DNA of 32,000 nt from Ignicoccus pacificus DSM 13166 (GTDB lineage: Archaea; Thermoproteota; Thermoprotei_A; Sulfolobales; Ignicoccaceae), in NCBI GenBank assembly GCA_025340205.1, contig CP006868.1, positions 720,001-752,000 of the forward strand, given 5' to 3'. The first letter of the stretch is position 1. Each line of letters begins with the position of its first letter. Below, in pieces: positions 18,672 through 28,265 of the stretch. A program made the position numbers and the translations under genes. The notes under the pieces were generated by a model. That model was given only the letters and a program-made list of their open reading frames with translations, had not been told where the DNA came from and searched no databases.

Positions 18672-19361
18672 TTGGTGGGAGGGGTGTTCACCATAGCAGC
18701 AATTCCATTCAAATCTCCCTCTTTCGTCGAGAGCTCCATAATCAAGGCATCTGCCCTCGGTGCGGACATCGTTGAGTTCAGGCTCGATTATTGGCAAGGT
18801 GATCTACCCGATTTTGAACCACTAGTGGAGTTAGCCAAAACGTATGGCCTATCAGTCCTCATAACCGTAAGAGATCCTTCCGAAGGCGGAAGGAAGGTCC
18901 CTTGGAAGGAAGAGGCACTAAAGATAGCAAATGAACTAGGATGCCTATGCGATGTAGAAGCACGTCTTTACAATACACTTCCATGTAAGAAGACTATCCT
19001 CTCCGTTCATTACTTTGATATGATCAAAGATAGGGATTACGAAGAAATTAAGGAGCTGTCGTTAAAGGCTAGAAACTTAGGAGCGTATGTGTTCAAAGTG
19101 GCCGCTGTGCTCAGAGACTTAAATTCCCTTCTAAAACTCAGAGACTCGATACTTCATCCGAGAAAAGCGTTCATGCCCATGGGGAGGGGAACGGAAAGGT
19201 TGCGCTTACTCACACCCCTATTAGGCTCTATGTTCATTTACGGTAGCCTCGGGGACTCAACGGCCCCTGGCCAAGTACCGCTGGAAGACGCGGTCATAGC
19301 CTCGAGGCTTGCTGCTAAGTATAGGATGCCGATGAGCGATACTCCCCAGAGCGATCGATGA
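18672..19361 (+). CDS. aroD: 3-dehydroquinate dehydratase type I
   Basis: 229 aa; ADIVEFRLDYW, ILSVHYFD, VFKVAAV, MPMGRGTERLRLLTPLLGSMFIYGSL, STAPGQVP. Exact start uncertain (TTG 18672 or GTG 18675/18684). Confidence 0.92.
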   Translation: MVGGVFTIAAIPFKSPSFVESSIIKASALGADIVEFRLDYWQGDLPDFEPLVELAKTYGLSVLITVRDPSEGGRKVPWKEEALKIANELGCLCDVEARLYNTLPCKKTILSVHYFDMIKDRDYEEIKELSLKARNLGAYVFKVAAVLRDLNSLLKLRDSILHPRKAFMPMGRGTERLRLLTPLLGSMFIYGSLGDSTAPGQVPLEDAVIASRLAAKYRMPMSDTPQSDR

Positions 19362-19511
19362 GCTCAATTCCTTTAAGCGAGGTCTCTTCTTGATATCTAT
19401 TTAGACAAGGAACCTCGGCGCTACAATGGCTTCAACATCCTCCGTTCAGTCCGCCCATCGTACCTCATAGGTGTGGAGGAGAGAGGGCGGAGTCGGAGAC
19501 ACCAGGGAAGT

Positions 19512-19588
<77 letters not shown>

Positions 19589-19631
19589 ACGCCCTCTCGG
19601 GCTCCGTGTCTTCCTCCAAGGAAGAGGCTTT

Positions 19632-20552
19632 TTAAGTTTTTTCATATATCACCTCTTCTTCGAGTCTCTCAAATGCCTTTATCTTAGCACCAGGTTGAAT
19701 CACGCTTTTTTCTATTCTTGTGAACGTTTCAACTAAGGAGTGTTCTTCTACTGATGACGACTTAATGTAGCTTAACGCTTCAATTACGACGTTCTTCCCT
19801 ATGTAAGCTGGTCCTTCTATTATTACATAAGGACCTATTTTAGCTTTTCTATCAATATAGACCTTTCCCTTAATTACGGCTGTTGGATGTACCTCCGCGT
19901 CACTTGAAATGAACTCTCCTCTTACCTTGTTCTCAATAAGTATTCGAAGCGCTTTTATTAAGTCCTTGGGCTCGTCGATATCTATCCACATACCGTCGTA
20001 GAGTATTACATCAACTAGATTCTTACTTATCATGTCATTTATAGCCTTGATTAGATCGCTGTATTTCCTAAGCTCCTCTACGCATGGCGTATCTAGGAGC
20101 ATGACGCCTCCGAAGATGTAACTAGACGTAGCTCCCGTCGCTAAGGCTTTACCACTTAGATCTAGTGTGCTGTGCCTAGGCGAGGGAACGAAGGGAACAG
20201 CACTAACCGAACACTTGGCGGGAGCTGAAAGAGGTGAGAGGTAGAAGTTTTCATCCGCTATTACATCACCGTAAACGATTAGTACCGGCGTACCCATCTG
20301 ATCCACCACATCTAGCAACGCTCCTACTAACCCCTTTCTCCTCTGCTTGAGGATTGGTATTCCTAAATCCTCAAACCTCTCCTCATCCCTAGCCAATACA
20401 GCGACATCAAAGCCTCTCTTCATCAACACATCTATCGGATACTCAATTACCTTCTTTCCCATAAGGTATGTGGTGAACCTCTCCGACCACTTTCCATCGC
20501 CAGCCAAGACCGCTGCGTTCAAGCTCTGGTACACCACTCTATTTCCACTCAT
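19632..20552 (-). CDS. NDP-sugar nucleotidyltransferase with left-handed beta-helix C-terminus (GlmU-like)
   Basis: From internal ATG at 20552: MSGNRVVYQSLNAAVLAGDGKW...KVIEYPIDVLMKRGFDV...VLIVYGDVIA..., then LbH hexapeptides VHPTAVIKGKVYIDRKAKIGPYVIIEGPAYIGKNVVIEALSYI. Confidence 0.75.
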   Translation of the reverse strand: MSGNRVVYQSLNAAVLAGDGKWSERFTTYLMGKKVIEYPIDVLMKRGFDVAVLARDEERFEDLGIPILKQRRKGLVGALLDVVDQMGTPVLIVYGDVIADENFYLSPLSAPAKCSVSAVPFVPSPRHSTLDLSGKALATGATSSYIFGGVMLLDTPCVEELRKYSDLIKAINDMISKNLVDVILYDGMWIDIDEPKDLIKALRILIENKVRGEFISSDAEVHPTAVIKGKVYIDRKAKIGPYVIIEGPAYIGKNVVIEALSYIKSSSVEEHSLVETFTRIEKSVIQPGAKIKAFERLEEEVIYEKT

Positions 20553-20586
20553 CCTCAATCTAAGCTCTTGGTGATGCAACTTACTG

Positions 20587-21264
20587 ATGCTCAGCGACGT
20601 CCACTGTGACAAGAATCCAAGCGCTCTGAAATTCATAGAAGAACTCATAGAATTGTATAATGAGAGAATTATTGTAGCCAGCGGAGATTGGGGATTTTGT
20701 GGGGACGATTTCTTCAAGGATCTGAGTGACATAGCATCGGTTTACACTATTTATGGTAACAATGACGACGTGGAAAAGTTGAGGAAATATTTTAATTTAA
20801 TAGAAGATGGAGAAGTGTTCAAGATAGAAGGAATTGGAGTTGGAGGCATTAATGGAATAATTAGTCCCAAAGGCACTCCGAACAAGTATGGAGTGCCGCG
20901 TAAGAAGCCAGAGGAATTCTTGAGCTATGCTAAACTCCTTTCGAAGAGAAGTGTAGACTTACTTCTATTACATGAAACACCATATTTGCCTAACTTCTTC
21001 GGTAAGATGTGGAGAAACGTGGCGACGCTTACTGCTTTAGACGCACTGCTACTGATCAAACCAAAGTACGCTTTAATAGGACACTTACATGCCTTTAAGT
21101 GTAAAATAGGATCGATCGAGGAGATTACAATCATTCACGTGGATAGCTTGAGGGAAGGCTATGCGCTGTTTCGGGGAGAAAGCGTTAGGTGCGGGGAGGG
21201 ACGAGCCGGGCAGCGGCGGGCCAGAGCCCCGCATCCTTGGCCGCTAGACGACCCGGCTCCATGA
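20587..21264 (+). CDS. calcineurin-like metallophosphoesterase
   Basis: MLSDVHCDKNPSAL..., VASGDWG, IYGNNDD, LLHETP, LIGHLHAFK. Last ~28 aa are low-complexity translation of the GC-rich island antisense to a tRNA-like half. Confidence 0.85.
   Translation: MLSDVHCDKNPSALKFIEELIELYNERIIVASGDWGFCGDDFFKDLSDIASVYTIYGNNDDVEKLRKYFNLIEDGEVFKIEGIGVGGINGIISPKGTPNKYGVPRKKPEEFLSYAKLLSKRSVDLLLLHETPYLPNFFGKMWRNVATLTALDALLLIKPKYALIGHLHAFKCKIGSIEEITIIHVDSLREGYALFRGESVRCGEGRAGQRRARAPHPWPLDDPAP
21198..21220 (-). ncRNA. GC-rich 3' extension of the tRNA half (candidate trans-annealing tail)
   Basis: CCCGCCGCTGCCCGGCTCGTCCC directly after nt 37; contains CCCGGCT and GCCGCT, perfect complements of 21252-21258 and 21240-21245. 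Confidence 0.35.
21221..21258 (-). tRNA. orphan 5' half of tRNA-Gln(CTG), candidate split-tRNA gene (5' exon through nt 37)
   Basis: Minus strand AGCCGGG TC GTCT AGCGGCCAA GGAT G CGGGG CTCTGG = acceptor 5' strand, D arm with GG, anticodon stem 5' strand, C32 U33 CUG G37. No 3' half directly follows. TATA-like box upstream. Confidence 0.5.
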
Positions 21265-21283
21265 AGGGCTTTGGATTAAGAGG

Positions 21284-21290
21284 TTTAAAT
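21284..21290 (-). promoter_or_regulatory. TATA-like element upstream of tRNA half
   Basis: tttaaat (minus: atttaaa) centred about 27-29 nt upstream of the half's 5' end; close to the spacing of the tRNA-Ile (about 26) and tRNA-Ser (about 24-25) TATA boxes here. Confidence 0.5.
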
Positions 21291-21401
21291 ATTCTAGCGC
21301 TCAGTTCCGTTCCTCATCATATTCGTTATCAGCCGAAATCCGATTCCTCATTGCGCCAACTATTGAAAAGGCTCTCTCCGCTATTCAATGGCGGTGGTAC
21401 T

Positions 21402-22100
21402 ATGAAGTTCAAACTGACGTACTTCGGTCACTCCGCCTTCCACGTACTATATAAGGATAAGGGAATAGTTATAGACCCTTGGATTACCAACCCTCTCTCG
21501 CCCATAACACTGGATCAGTTCGTAAAAGAATACCCGGTAGACCTTGTAGTAATTACCCATGCTCACGAAGACCACATTGGTGACGCCGAAGAAATAATGA
21601 AGAGAACTGGAGCTAAGTTCTTTGCCATACATGAAATATTCGTAGAATTGAACAAGAAGGGCTTCCAAGGTGTCGGAGCTAACATAGGAGGTCCCGCAAA
21701 GCTAGACGAGATAGTGCCCGGCCTCTCCATAGCCATGACTCCAGCTACTCACTCAAGTTATGACAAGGGAGCTCCTACTGGTGTGATATTGTTCTTCGAG
21801 GGGGTGGCCGGCCTTTACCACGCCGGCGACACCGGCTTGTTCGCCGAGATGAAGTTCATAGGAGATCTCTATGCTCCTAAGGTAGCGTTGCTGCCCATAG
21901 GAGGACACTATACCATGGACATAAAGCAAGCAGTACTGGCGACCGAGATGTTAAAGCCAGAAATAGTTATACCAATGCACTACAACACCTTCCCTCCCAT
22001 AAGGGCAGATCCGGAGGAGTTCAAGAAGGAGGTTGAAGGCAAGGGATTAGCTAAGGTTAAGGTACTGGCACCGGGAAGGAGCATTGAATTCGAGTTCTAA
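21402..22100 (+). CDS. metallo-beta-lactamase fold hydrolase (UPF0173-like)
   Basis: From ATG 21402: [15 protein letters not shown]...[15 protein letters not shown]...YHAGDTGLF...IPMHYNTFP. Confidence 0.93.
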   Translation: MKFKLTYFGHSAFHVLYKDKGIVIDPWITNPLSPITLDQFVKEYPVDLVVITHAHEDHIGDAEEIMKRTGAKFFAIHEIFVELNKKGFQGVGANIGGPAKLDEIVPGLSIAMTPATHSSYDKGAPTGVILFFEGVAGLYHAGDTGLFAEMKFIGDLYAPKVALLPIGGHYTMDIKQAVLATEMLKPEIVIPMHYNTFPPIRADPEEFKKEVEGKGLAKVKVLAPGRSIEFEF

Positions 22101-23476
22101 GGCTTTTTCTCTAATGGCTCAATATACTCCTTAGGGGCGCTCTCGAATGGTTCTAAGTACTTCCTCAGAACCTTTGGTATTTCCACACGACCATCGGGTA
22201 ATTGGTGGTTCTCCAAGATGGCCGTTATAGTTCTAGTAGTGGCTAGGGCGGTCGAGTTGAGTAAGTGGACGTAATCGTGTTTCTTTCCACCCTTTATCCT
22301 ATACCTTATCTTCAGTCTGTAGCTCTGCCAATCGGTACAGTTGCTGGCGCTCACTAACTCCCTATATCTTCCTTGGGCAGGATACCAAACTTCGAGGTCA
22401 TACTTCTTAGCAGCCGGATACCCCAGCTCACCCCCACAGATGTTAACAACGCGGTAAGGTAGCTCCAATCCTTTGATTAACTCTTCGGCGTTCTTGATCA
22501 GCTCCTCAAGGATCTCCCAGCTCTCCTCTGGCTTCGAATACACGAACTGTTCGACCTTGTGGAATTGGTGGACTCTGAATATACCCTTCAAGTCTCTGTT
22601 GGCTGCTCCGGCCTCCTTTCTGAAGCAAGGACTCACTCCAGCGAACTTTATAGGCAAATCTTTCTCATCTATTATCTCACCCGCCTTGTAAGACGCCAAG
22701 GGGTGTTCAGCTGTAGCTATTAGGTACAAATCTTCATTTTCTATCTTATAGATTGCATCCTTAAACGTCTCGATATCGATTACTCCCATTAAGTACTTGT
22801 ACCTAATCATATAGGGGGGTTCCACTGGGATAAAACCCTTCTTAGTCAAATTATCTAGAGCGTACATGATTAATGCATAGTCGAGCCATACGATGTCTTT
22901 AAAGAGATAATAGAACCTGGAGGTAGCAACTTGTGCTGCCTTGAATGTGTCTCCCATCTTAAGCACGTTTTCTAACATATCAGCATGTCCTATCGGCTTC
23001 TCCTCGAGGACTTCGTGAGGTACTTGGAAGCCCCATCTCTCAGTCTGTCTCTTAAATGATTCTAGATGTCCTTTCCAGACTTTGGGAGTACCCCAGAACC
23101 TTATGGGTACGTTGTATTCTTCATCACAACCATCTGGAACGCTTTCGTGAACTAAATTAGGTAACGAGAGAAGTATCTCTTCCCTCTTCTTCTCTAATTC
23201 CTTAAGTTTCTTCTCCATTTCCTCTCTCTTCTTAATTATCTCCTTCGCTTTAGCTATTAACTCTTTCCTCAGCTCCGGATCTTTAGTTTTTGCTATCTCT
23301 CTAGTTATCTTGTTGTGTTCATATCTGAGTCTTTCGACCTCCTGTAATACTCGCCTCCACTCCTTGTCTATCTCGATGGCCTTGTAAACCGGAGCTGGGT
23401 CCAAACATCTCTTCTTCATACTTCTGATGAGTTTCTCAGGTTCATTTCTTAGAGCTTCCAAGAGGGACCATGGCAT
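22097..23476 (-). CDS. serS: seryl-tRNA synthetase
   Basis: 459 aa: N-terminal coiled coil, class II motifs [33 protein letters not shown] and [20 protein letters not shown]. Confidence 0.97.
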   Translation of the reverse strand: MPWSLLEALRNEPEKLIRSMKKRCLDPAPVYKAIEIDKEWRRVLQEVERLRYEHNKITREIAKTKDPELRKELIAKAKEIIKKREEMEKKLKELEKKREEILLSLPNLVHESVPDGCDEEYNVPIRFWGTPKVWKGHLESFKRQTERWGFQVPHEVLEEKPIGHADMLENVLKMGDTFKAAQVATSRFYYLFKDIVWLDYALIMYALDNLTKKGFIPVEPPYMIRYKYLMGVIDIETFKDAIYKIENEDLYLIATAEHPLASYKAGEIIDEKDLPIKFAGVSPCFRKEAGAANRDLKGIFRVHQFHKVEQFVYSKPEESWEILEELIKNAEELIKGLELPYRVVNICGGELGYPAAKKYDLEVWYPAQGRYRELVSASNCTDWQSYRLKIRYRIKGGKKHDYVHLLNSTALATTRTITAILENHQLPDGRVEIPKVLRKYLEPFESAPKEYIEPLEKKP

Positions 23477-23570
23477 ATTACTACCCTGAAATACTCCTCA
23501 GAGCTTGTAATAACGTCATCTCGCGCTCATCTCAATATACCTCTCCCTAATTTCCATTAGGGGTAACACA

Positions 23571-24572
23571 TTGAGCGAGGAAGGCTATAGCGTTCTGATA
23601 AGCAATGCAACCATCGTACTAGAGCCCGGAAAGTACGTGAAGGGATACTTGTACTTGAATAAGGGAATAATCGCCGCTTTAGGAGAGGGAGAGGTTCCCG
23701 AAGAGTACTCCTATGCTATGTATCTAATAGATGGTAAGAACAGGATAGTTACTCCCGGCCTCATCTGCCCACTAATTTCCATAAGCTCCTATCCCTCTAG
23801 ATTCGGAGGTAAGGAGGCGGAGAGCATCGAAGAGCTTTACTATGCGGCGCAGATGGCTATTCAAGACTTACTACTCTCCGGAGTTACCGCAATAGGTACG
23901 GTGGAAGATGTAGTCGATCCAATAGCTAGAGCCATAGCGAACAGCGGTATTAGAGGCGTAATCTTCGTTGATTCTTCAAAGGAAGGCTGGAAAAAGCAGC
24001 TGGACATACTTCTTAATAGATGGCATGGATATGAGAATAGAATTTATGCCGGAATATACGATACCGAAGGAAATGAGGAGGCCGTAAAAATTGCCAAAAA
24101 GTATAACTTACCCATAATTTCCCCCTTAGACGGATTCAAGATAGAGGAAGTTTCTGGAATGAGCAAAGAAAGGGGCATAATTAAGATCTCTAAGGATGAT
24201 ATTGTATCCTACGGTTTCACAAAAGGCTCCAAGACAACTAACCCCTTTAACATCATGAGAACGCTTTATTACATGGGCCAAGATCCCATTAGTGTATTCA
24301 AGTCATTCACTGTGAACGCAGCCGGAATACTTGGTTTGAAAGGTGTCGGTAAGATCAAGCTAGGCTTCTACGCAGACATAGCGATATTTGATGTGTCTGA
24401 GCCTCCGGGTTGGACCGCCGGAAAGGGCCTCCCAGAGGAGGTACTCTTAGCAACGAATCCGCGAGTTGAAACAGTAATAGTAGGCGGCGAGGTAGTCGTC
24501 GACTCCTTCCAGCCCTTGACCATAGGGTCCAAGGACGTTAGAAGAGCGCGCAAGCTGTTTGGAGAGCGGTAA
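23571..24572 (+). CDS. amidohydrolase-superfamily-like protein lacking metal-ligand histidines
   Basis: 333 aa: IVTPGLICPLISISS at the usual PGxxxxHxH site; C-terminal AAGILGLKGVGKIKLGFYADIAIFDV is typical amidohydrolase. Confidence 0.75.
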   Translation: MSEEGYSVLISNATIVLEPGKYVKGYLYLNKGIIAALGEGEVPEEYSYAMYLIDGKNRIVTPGLICPLISISSYPSRFGGKEAESIEELYYAAQMAIQDLLLSGVTAIGTVEDVVDPIARAIANSGIRGVIFVDSSKEGWKKQLDILLNRWHGYENRIYAGIYDTEGNEEAVKIAKKYNLPIISPLDGFKIEEVSGMSKERGIIKISKDDIVSYGFTKGSKTTNPFNIMRTLYYMGQDPISVFKSFTVNAAGILGLKGVGKIKLGFYADIAIFDVSEPPGWTAGKGLPEEVLLATNPRVETVIVGGEVVVDSFQPLTIGSKDVRRARKLFGER

Positions 24573-24693
24573 TACTTCAACTTAATATTCTGAACAATGT
24601 TTGATTAGATTTTTAAATTAAAGTTCAATTAGTACTACCAACATTGGAAACAGATGAATACTCGTTCAGTAAGTGTAGCACGGTGAAGCGCGA

Positions 24694-26187
24694 GTGGTCG
24701 ATATGGATCTCGTGAACAGAATTGTAGAAAAGATGAAATCTGAGAACGTTAGGTGGATCGACATACACTTCGTCGACGTTCCTGGAAGACTTCAGCACGT
24801 CACCTTCCCTGCCAGAGAGCTCCTAGACGATCCCGAGTCCGCCTTCCAGATAGCTATTGGTGGATTCGACGGTTCCTCCATTACTGATTTCACCATGATC
24901 AATGAGAGTGACATGTTGCTAAGACCCGTTCCGGAGACCTTTGCCTTGATCCCCGACGATTGGCAGTCACCTCCGGGCGTGGCCGCTGGAAGAACCGCTA
25001 GAATGATTGCCCAGATATTCTGGGGTGGTTACAAGAAGGGGGAAGCACCGAGGTTCGAGAAGGACCCCAGGTACATTGCTGAGAAGGCCGAGCAGTACTT
25101 GGCTGAGCAAGGTTACAAGGCCTACTTCGGCCCCGAAGTGGAGTTCACCATCTTCGATAGCTTGAAGGTGGACGTAACTCAGCCTTGGGCCAGGATGAGT
25201 GTTGAGATAAACTCCAGGGAGGCACCTTGGAACACTGAGTTACCCATCATGAGGTTCAAGCAAGGATACTTCCCTGCTAACCCCAACGACAAGCTCTTCT
25301 GGATAAGGCAAGAGATATCCAACGTTCTTGAGGACTACTTTGATCTACAAGTTGAGGCTCACCACCACGAGGTGGCTGGTGCTGGACAAGGCGAGATAGA
25401 CTTCCGCTTCGACACCGCCACCAGAGCTGCCGACAAGGTCATTACCCTAAAGTACGTGGTCAAGAACGTAGCTGCTAAGTACGGAATGGTTGCCACGTTC
25501 ATGCCCAAGCCCATCTATGCCGACAACGGTAACGGTATGCACACCCACCAGAGCTTGTGGGATATAAAGACTGACAAGAACTTGTTCTATGACCCCAACG
25601 ACGAGTACGCTGAGCTAAGCCAGCTCGCTAGGTACTACATAGGAGGAATATTGAAGCATGCCAGGGCGTTGAGCGCTATAGTCAATCCAACCACTTCCAG
25701 CTACAAGAGGTTGGTCCCTGGCTACGAGGCGCCGATATACATCGCTTGGAGCAAGGGTAACAGATCCGCTATCATAAGGGTACCCAGCTACATGAAGGGC
25801 ATTGAGAAGGCTGCGAGAATAGAGTACAGGTCTCCCGATCCCAGCACCAACCCCTACCTAGCGTTCGCTGCCATGGTAGCCGCTGGACTTGACGGCATCA
25901 AGAAGAAGATAGAGCCACCGGATCCAGTAGATGAGAACATCTATGCAATGGATCCCAAGAAGAGGAGAGAACTAGAGGAGATCGTGAAGAAGCAGCTAGG
26001 AACCAAGCTACAGCTACCCAGCAGTCTCTGTGAGGCCTTAGAGGAGCTTGAGAATGACTATGAGTGGCTCTTCCCAATATTCAGCAAGGAAATGATAGAG
26101 ACTTGGCTAGAGCTCAAGTGGGAAGAGTGCAGAAAGATAGGAGCGTATCCGCACCCAGTGGAATACTACGAGTACTTCGACATATAA
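24694..26187 (+). CDS. glnA: glutamine synthetase type I
   Basis: 497 aa: [83 protein letters not shown]. Start GTG 24694 or ATG 24703. Confidence 0.97.
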   Translation: MVDMDLVNRIVEKMKSENVRWIDIHFVDVPGRLQHVTFPARELLDDPESAFQIAIGGFDGSSITDFTMINESDMLLRPVPETFALIPDDWQSPPGVAAGRTARMIAQIFWGGYKKGEAPRFEKDPRYIAEKAEQYLAEQGYKAYFGPEVEFTIFDSLKVDVTQPWARMSVEINSREAPWNTELPIMRFKQGYFPANPNDKLFWIRQEISNVLEDYFDLQVEAHHHEVAGAGQGEIDFRFDTATRAADKVITLKYVVKNVAAKYGMVATFMPKPIYADNGNGMHTHQSLWDIKTDKNLFYDPNDEYAELSQLARYYIGGILKHARALSAIVNPTTSSYKRLVPGYEAPIYIAWSKGNRSAIIRVPSYMKGIEKAARIEYRSPDPSTNPYLAFAAMVAAGLDGIKKKIEPPDPVDENIYAMDPKKRRELEEIVKKQLGTKLQLPSSLCEALEELENDYEWLFPIFSKEMIETWLELKWEECRKIGAYPHPVEYYEYFDI

Positions 26188-26198
26188 CACCTTTATTT

Positions 26199-26699
26199 TT
26201 ACTCCTCAACCACGAACTCACAATACTCATCTCCATCAACTATACTCTTCACCTTCGTTATTCTTATAGGAGCGTTAGGAGAGCCGTATCTCCTAGACTT
26301 TGTCTCTAGGAGTATGGTCTTCTTCATGACGCCTTCTATGATGCCAGCCTTAAGCGAGGCTGCAACCAGACAAGCTCTTGGCTCACTACCGACCATCTTT
26401 ACGAGGGGACATCTTCTTACTATTATCTTTAACTTCCCGCCCTCTTCTATACACTCCACCTCTTCGTTTCCAAACATTGAATATACGTACTTGAAAACGT
26501 CGCATATATCCTTCAACTCTATTTTCTCTGAGAGCTTTACCTCATCGGCCACGTCTTTAGTAGCCTCGCGTAACACTCTGTAAACTAACGTTTCGGAAGC
26601 ATTATCTCCCAAGAGTTTCGAAAGTTCTGGTATCATGTACTTAAAGAGCATCTTCTTGATTACTAGGTTAGCAAACTCCTCACTACTCACAAAAACCAC
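26199..26699 (-). CDS. hypothetical protein (possibly V4R-like)
   Basis: 166 aa; CPLVKMVGSEPRACLVAASLKAGIIEG faintly resembles the C-terminal cysteine region of V4R-type domains. Confidence 0.55.
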   Translation of the reverse strand: MVFVSSEEFANLVIKKMLFKYMIPELSKLLGDNASETLVYRVLREATKDVADEVKLSEKIELKDICDVFKYVYSMFGNEEVECIEEGGKLKIIVRRCPLVKMVGSEPRACLVAASLKAGIIEGVMKKTILLETKSRRYGSPNAPIRITKVKSIVDGDEYCEFVVEE

Positions 26700-26845
26700 C
26701 TACTATCATCTTCACACTTCAGCTTAAGTTGACGCCTTATGCGCGGTCTTGGGATCCCAGATCCTTGAGAACCTCTTTCAAACGACCTTTCGGGAAACAG
26801 AGTTTTGATTAAGAAGTAGGCAGTTGTTGCAAAACGGGCTAGAAC

Positions 26846-28213
26846 ATGAAGACTAAGTATAGAGAATTCCTAGCAATAGAAATAACGCCAGAGTTAGAAG
26901 GGAAGAAGGTACGAATTGCAGGATGGGTTCATTCAGTAAGAAGGGTCGGAAAGATCGCGTTCCTAGTGCTTAGGGATTTTACTGGTACGATCCAAGTAAC
27001 TTTCAGGGTTCCTAGAGATGCTGATGATGAAACTAAGGCCAAGTTTAAGGAGTTAGTAAAGAAAGTAGCCTCGCTTTCACCAGAGAGCGTTGTCATGGTA
27101 GAAGGTGTCGTTAGGAAGGACCCTAGGGCTCCCAGGGGAGTGGAGATAGTTGGGGAAAACGTCGAGGTTCTCAGTGAAGCTAAGAGTCCCTTACCTCTCG
27201 ACGTGGCCGGTAAGGTAGATGCCCATATAGACACTAGACTCGCCGCCAGACCAATAGACTTGAGAAGGCCAGAAAGTCAAGCCGTCTTACGTCTGGTGTC
27301 CTTGGCCGCGAAGGCCATAAGGAGTTATCTTTACGAACTGAACTTCACCGAAGTGTTTACACCAAAGATAATCGCTTCTGGTACAGAAGGCGGCGCTCAG
27401 CTCGTGCCGGTATTCTATTTTGGAAAAGATGCGTTCTTAGCTCAAAGTCCTCAGCTTTACAAAGAGCTCTTAACCTCCTCTCTTGAGTACGTATTCGAAA
27501 TAGCTCCGGCTTGGAGGCACGAGGAAAGCGATACACCGTATCACTTGGCTGAGTTCATCTCCGTAGATGTAGAAATGGCGTTCGCTGACTATAATGACGT
27601 CATGAAAGTGCTGGAAAACGTAATCAAGAGAGTTACTGACAACGTGAGGAATGAGGGTTCTACATGGCTAAAGATACTCAACCACGAACCACCTGAGGTA
27701 ACTCTACCAATACCTAGAATTAGTTACAAGGAGGCTTGGGAAATCATTAAGTCGGAGGGTTTCGATATAGAGCCGGGAGAGGACTTTGGTACTCCAGAGT
27801 TGAGAAAGCTTGCGGAAGTATTAGAGAAGGAAGGAAAAACTTCTGGGGGCTTCTTCTTCATAGTCGACTGGCCAGCAGATGTAAGGCCGTTTTATACTAA
27901 GAGGAAAGGCAAGGAAATTATTGGTGGAAGAGAGCTGGACTTGAGTGAGAGTTTCGACTTGAACTGGAGGCACTTGGAAATCTCGAGTGGTAGCACGAGA
28001 ATTCACAGGAGAGAGGAGCTGGAGAAGGAGATGAGCCTAAGAGGCCTAAATCCGGAGAGCTTCGAGTGGTACCTCAAGTGGTATGACTATGGCATGCCTC
28101 CCCACGCCGGATGGGGAATGGGTCTCCAGAGACTGATGGTGCCCATAGCCGGAATCCCCAACGTCAGGCTAGCCACAACCTTCCCAAGAGATATGAAGAG
28201 ATTGGTACCCTAG
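26846..28213 (+). CDS. aspS: aspartyl-tRNA synthetase (archaeal type)
   Basis: 455 aa: OB-fold N-terminus GKKVRIAGWVHSVRRVGKIAFLVLRDFTGTIQVTF, FEIAPAWRHEESDTPYHLAEFISVDVEM, GWGMGLQRLMVPIAGIPNVRLATTFPRDMKRL. Confidence 0.96.
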   Translation: MKTKYREFLAIEITPELEGKKVRIAGWVHSVRRVGKIAFLVLRDFTGTIQVTFRVPRDADDETKAKFKELVKKVASLSPESVVMVEGVVRKDPRAPRGVEIVGENVEVLSEAKSPLPLDVAGKVDAHIDTRLAARPIDLRRPESQAVLRLVSLAAKAIRSYLYELNFTEVFTPKIIASGTEGGAQLVPVFYFGKDAFLAQSPQLYKELLTSSLEYVFEIAPAWRHEESDTPYHLAEFISVDVEMAFADYNDVMKVLENVIKRVTDNVRNEGSTWLKILNHEPPEVTLPIPRISYKEAWEIIKSEGFDIEPGEDFGTPELRKLAEVLEKEGKTSGGFFFIVDWPADVRPFYTKRKGKEIIGGRELDLSESFDLNWRHLEISSGSTRIHRREELEKEMSLRGLNPESFEWYLKWYDYGMPPHAGWGMGLQRLMVPIAGIPNVRLATTFPRDMKRLVP

Positions 28214-28265
28214 CAAATAATTGCTATTTATTTTCTGCTTGCGACGCCCTATCCTCGGGCTCAGA

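Noticed and set aside
21198-21258. Cis-intron-containing tRNA-Gln with the 3' exon just downstream
   Set aside because: CCCCG does recur (in CCCTCCCCGC), but it is followed by ACCTAACGCTTTCTCCCCG, which has no T arm or acceptor 3' strand, and I could not draw a convincing bulge-helix-bulge.
21189-21401. N-terminal extension of the MBL hydrolase ORF (MRGGTSRAAAGQSPASLAARRPG...)
   Set aside because: It is translation through the GC-rich tRNA-half island and the intergenic promoter region; the family-typical start [10 protein letters not shown] is at 21402.
23478-23560. Possible C/D box sRNA upstream of serS (ATGAGATGACG...CTGAGG on minus strand)
   Set aside because: No acceptable C box match (RTGATGA) and no internal C'/D' pair; too weak to call.
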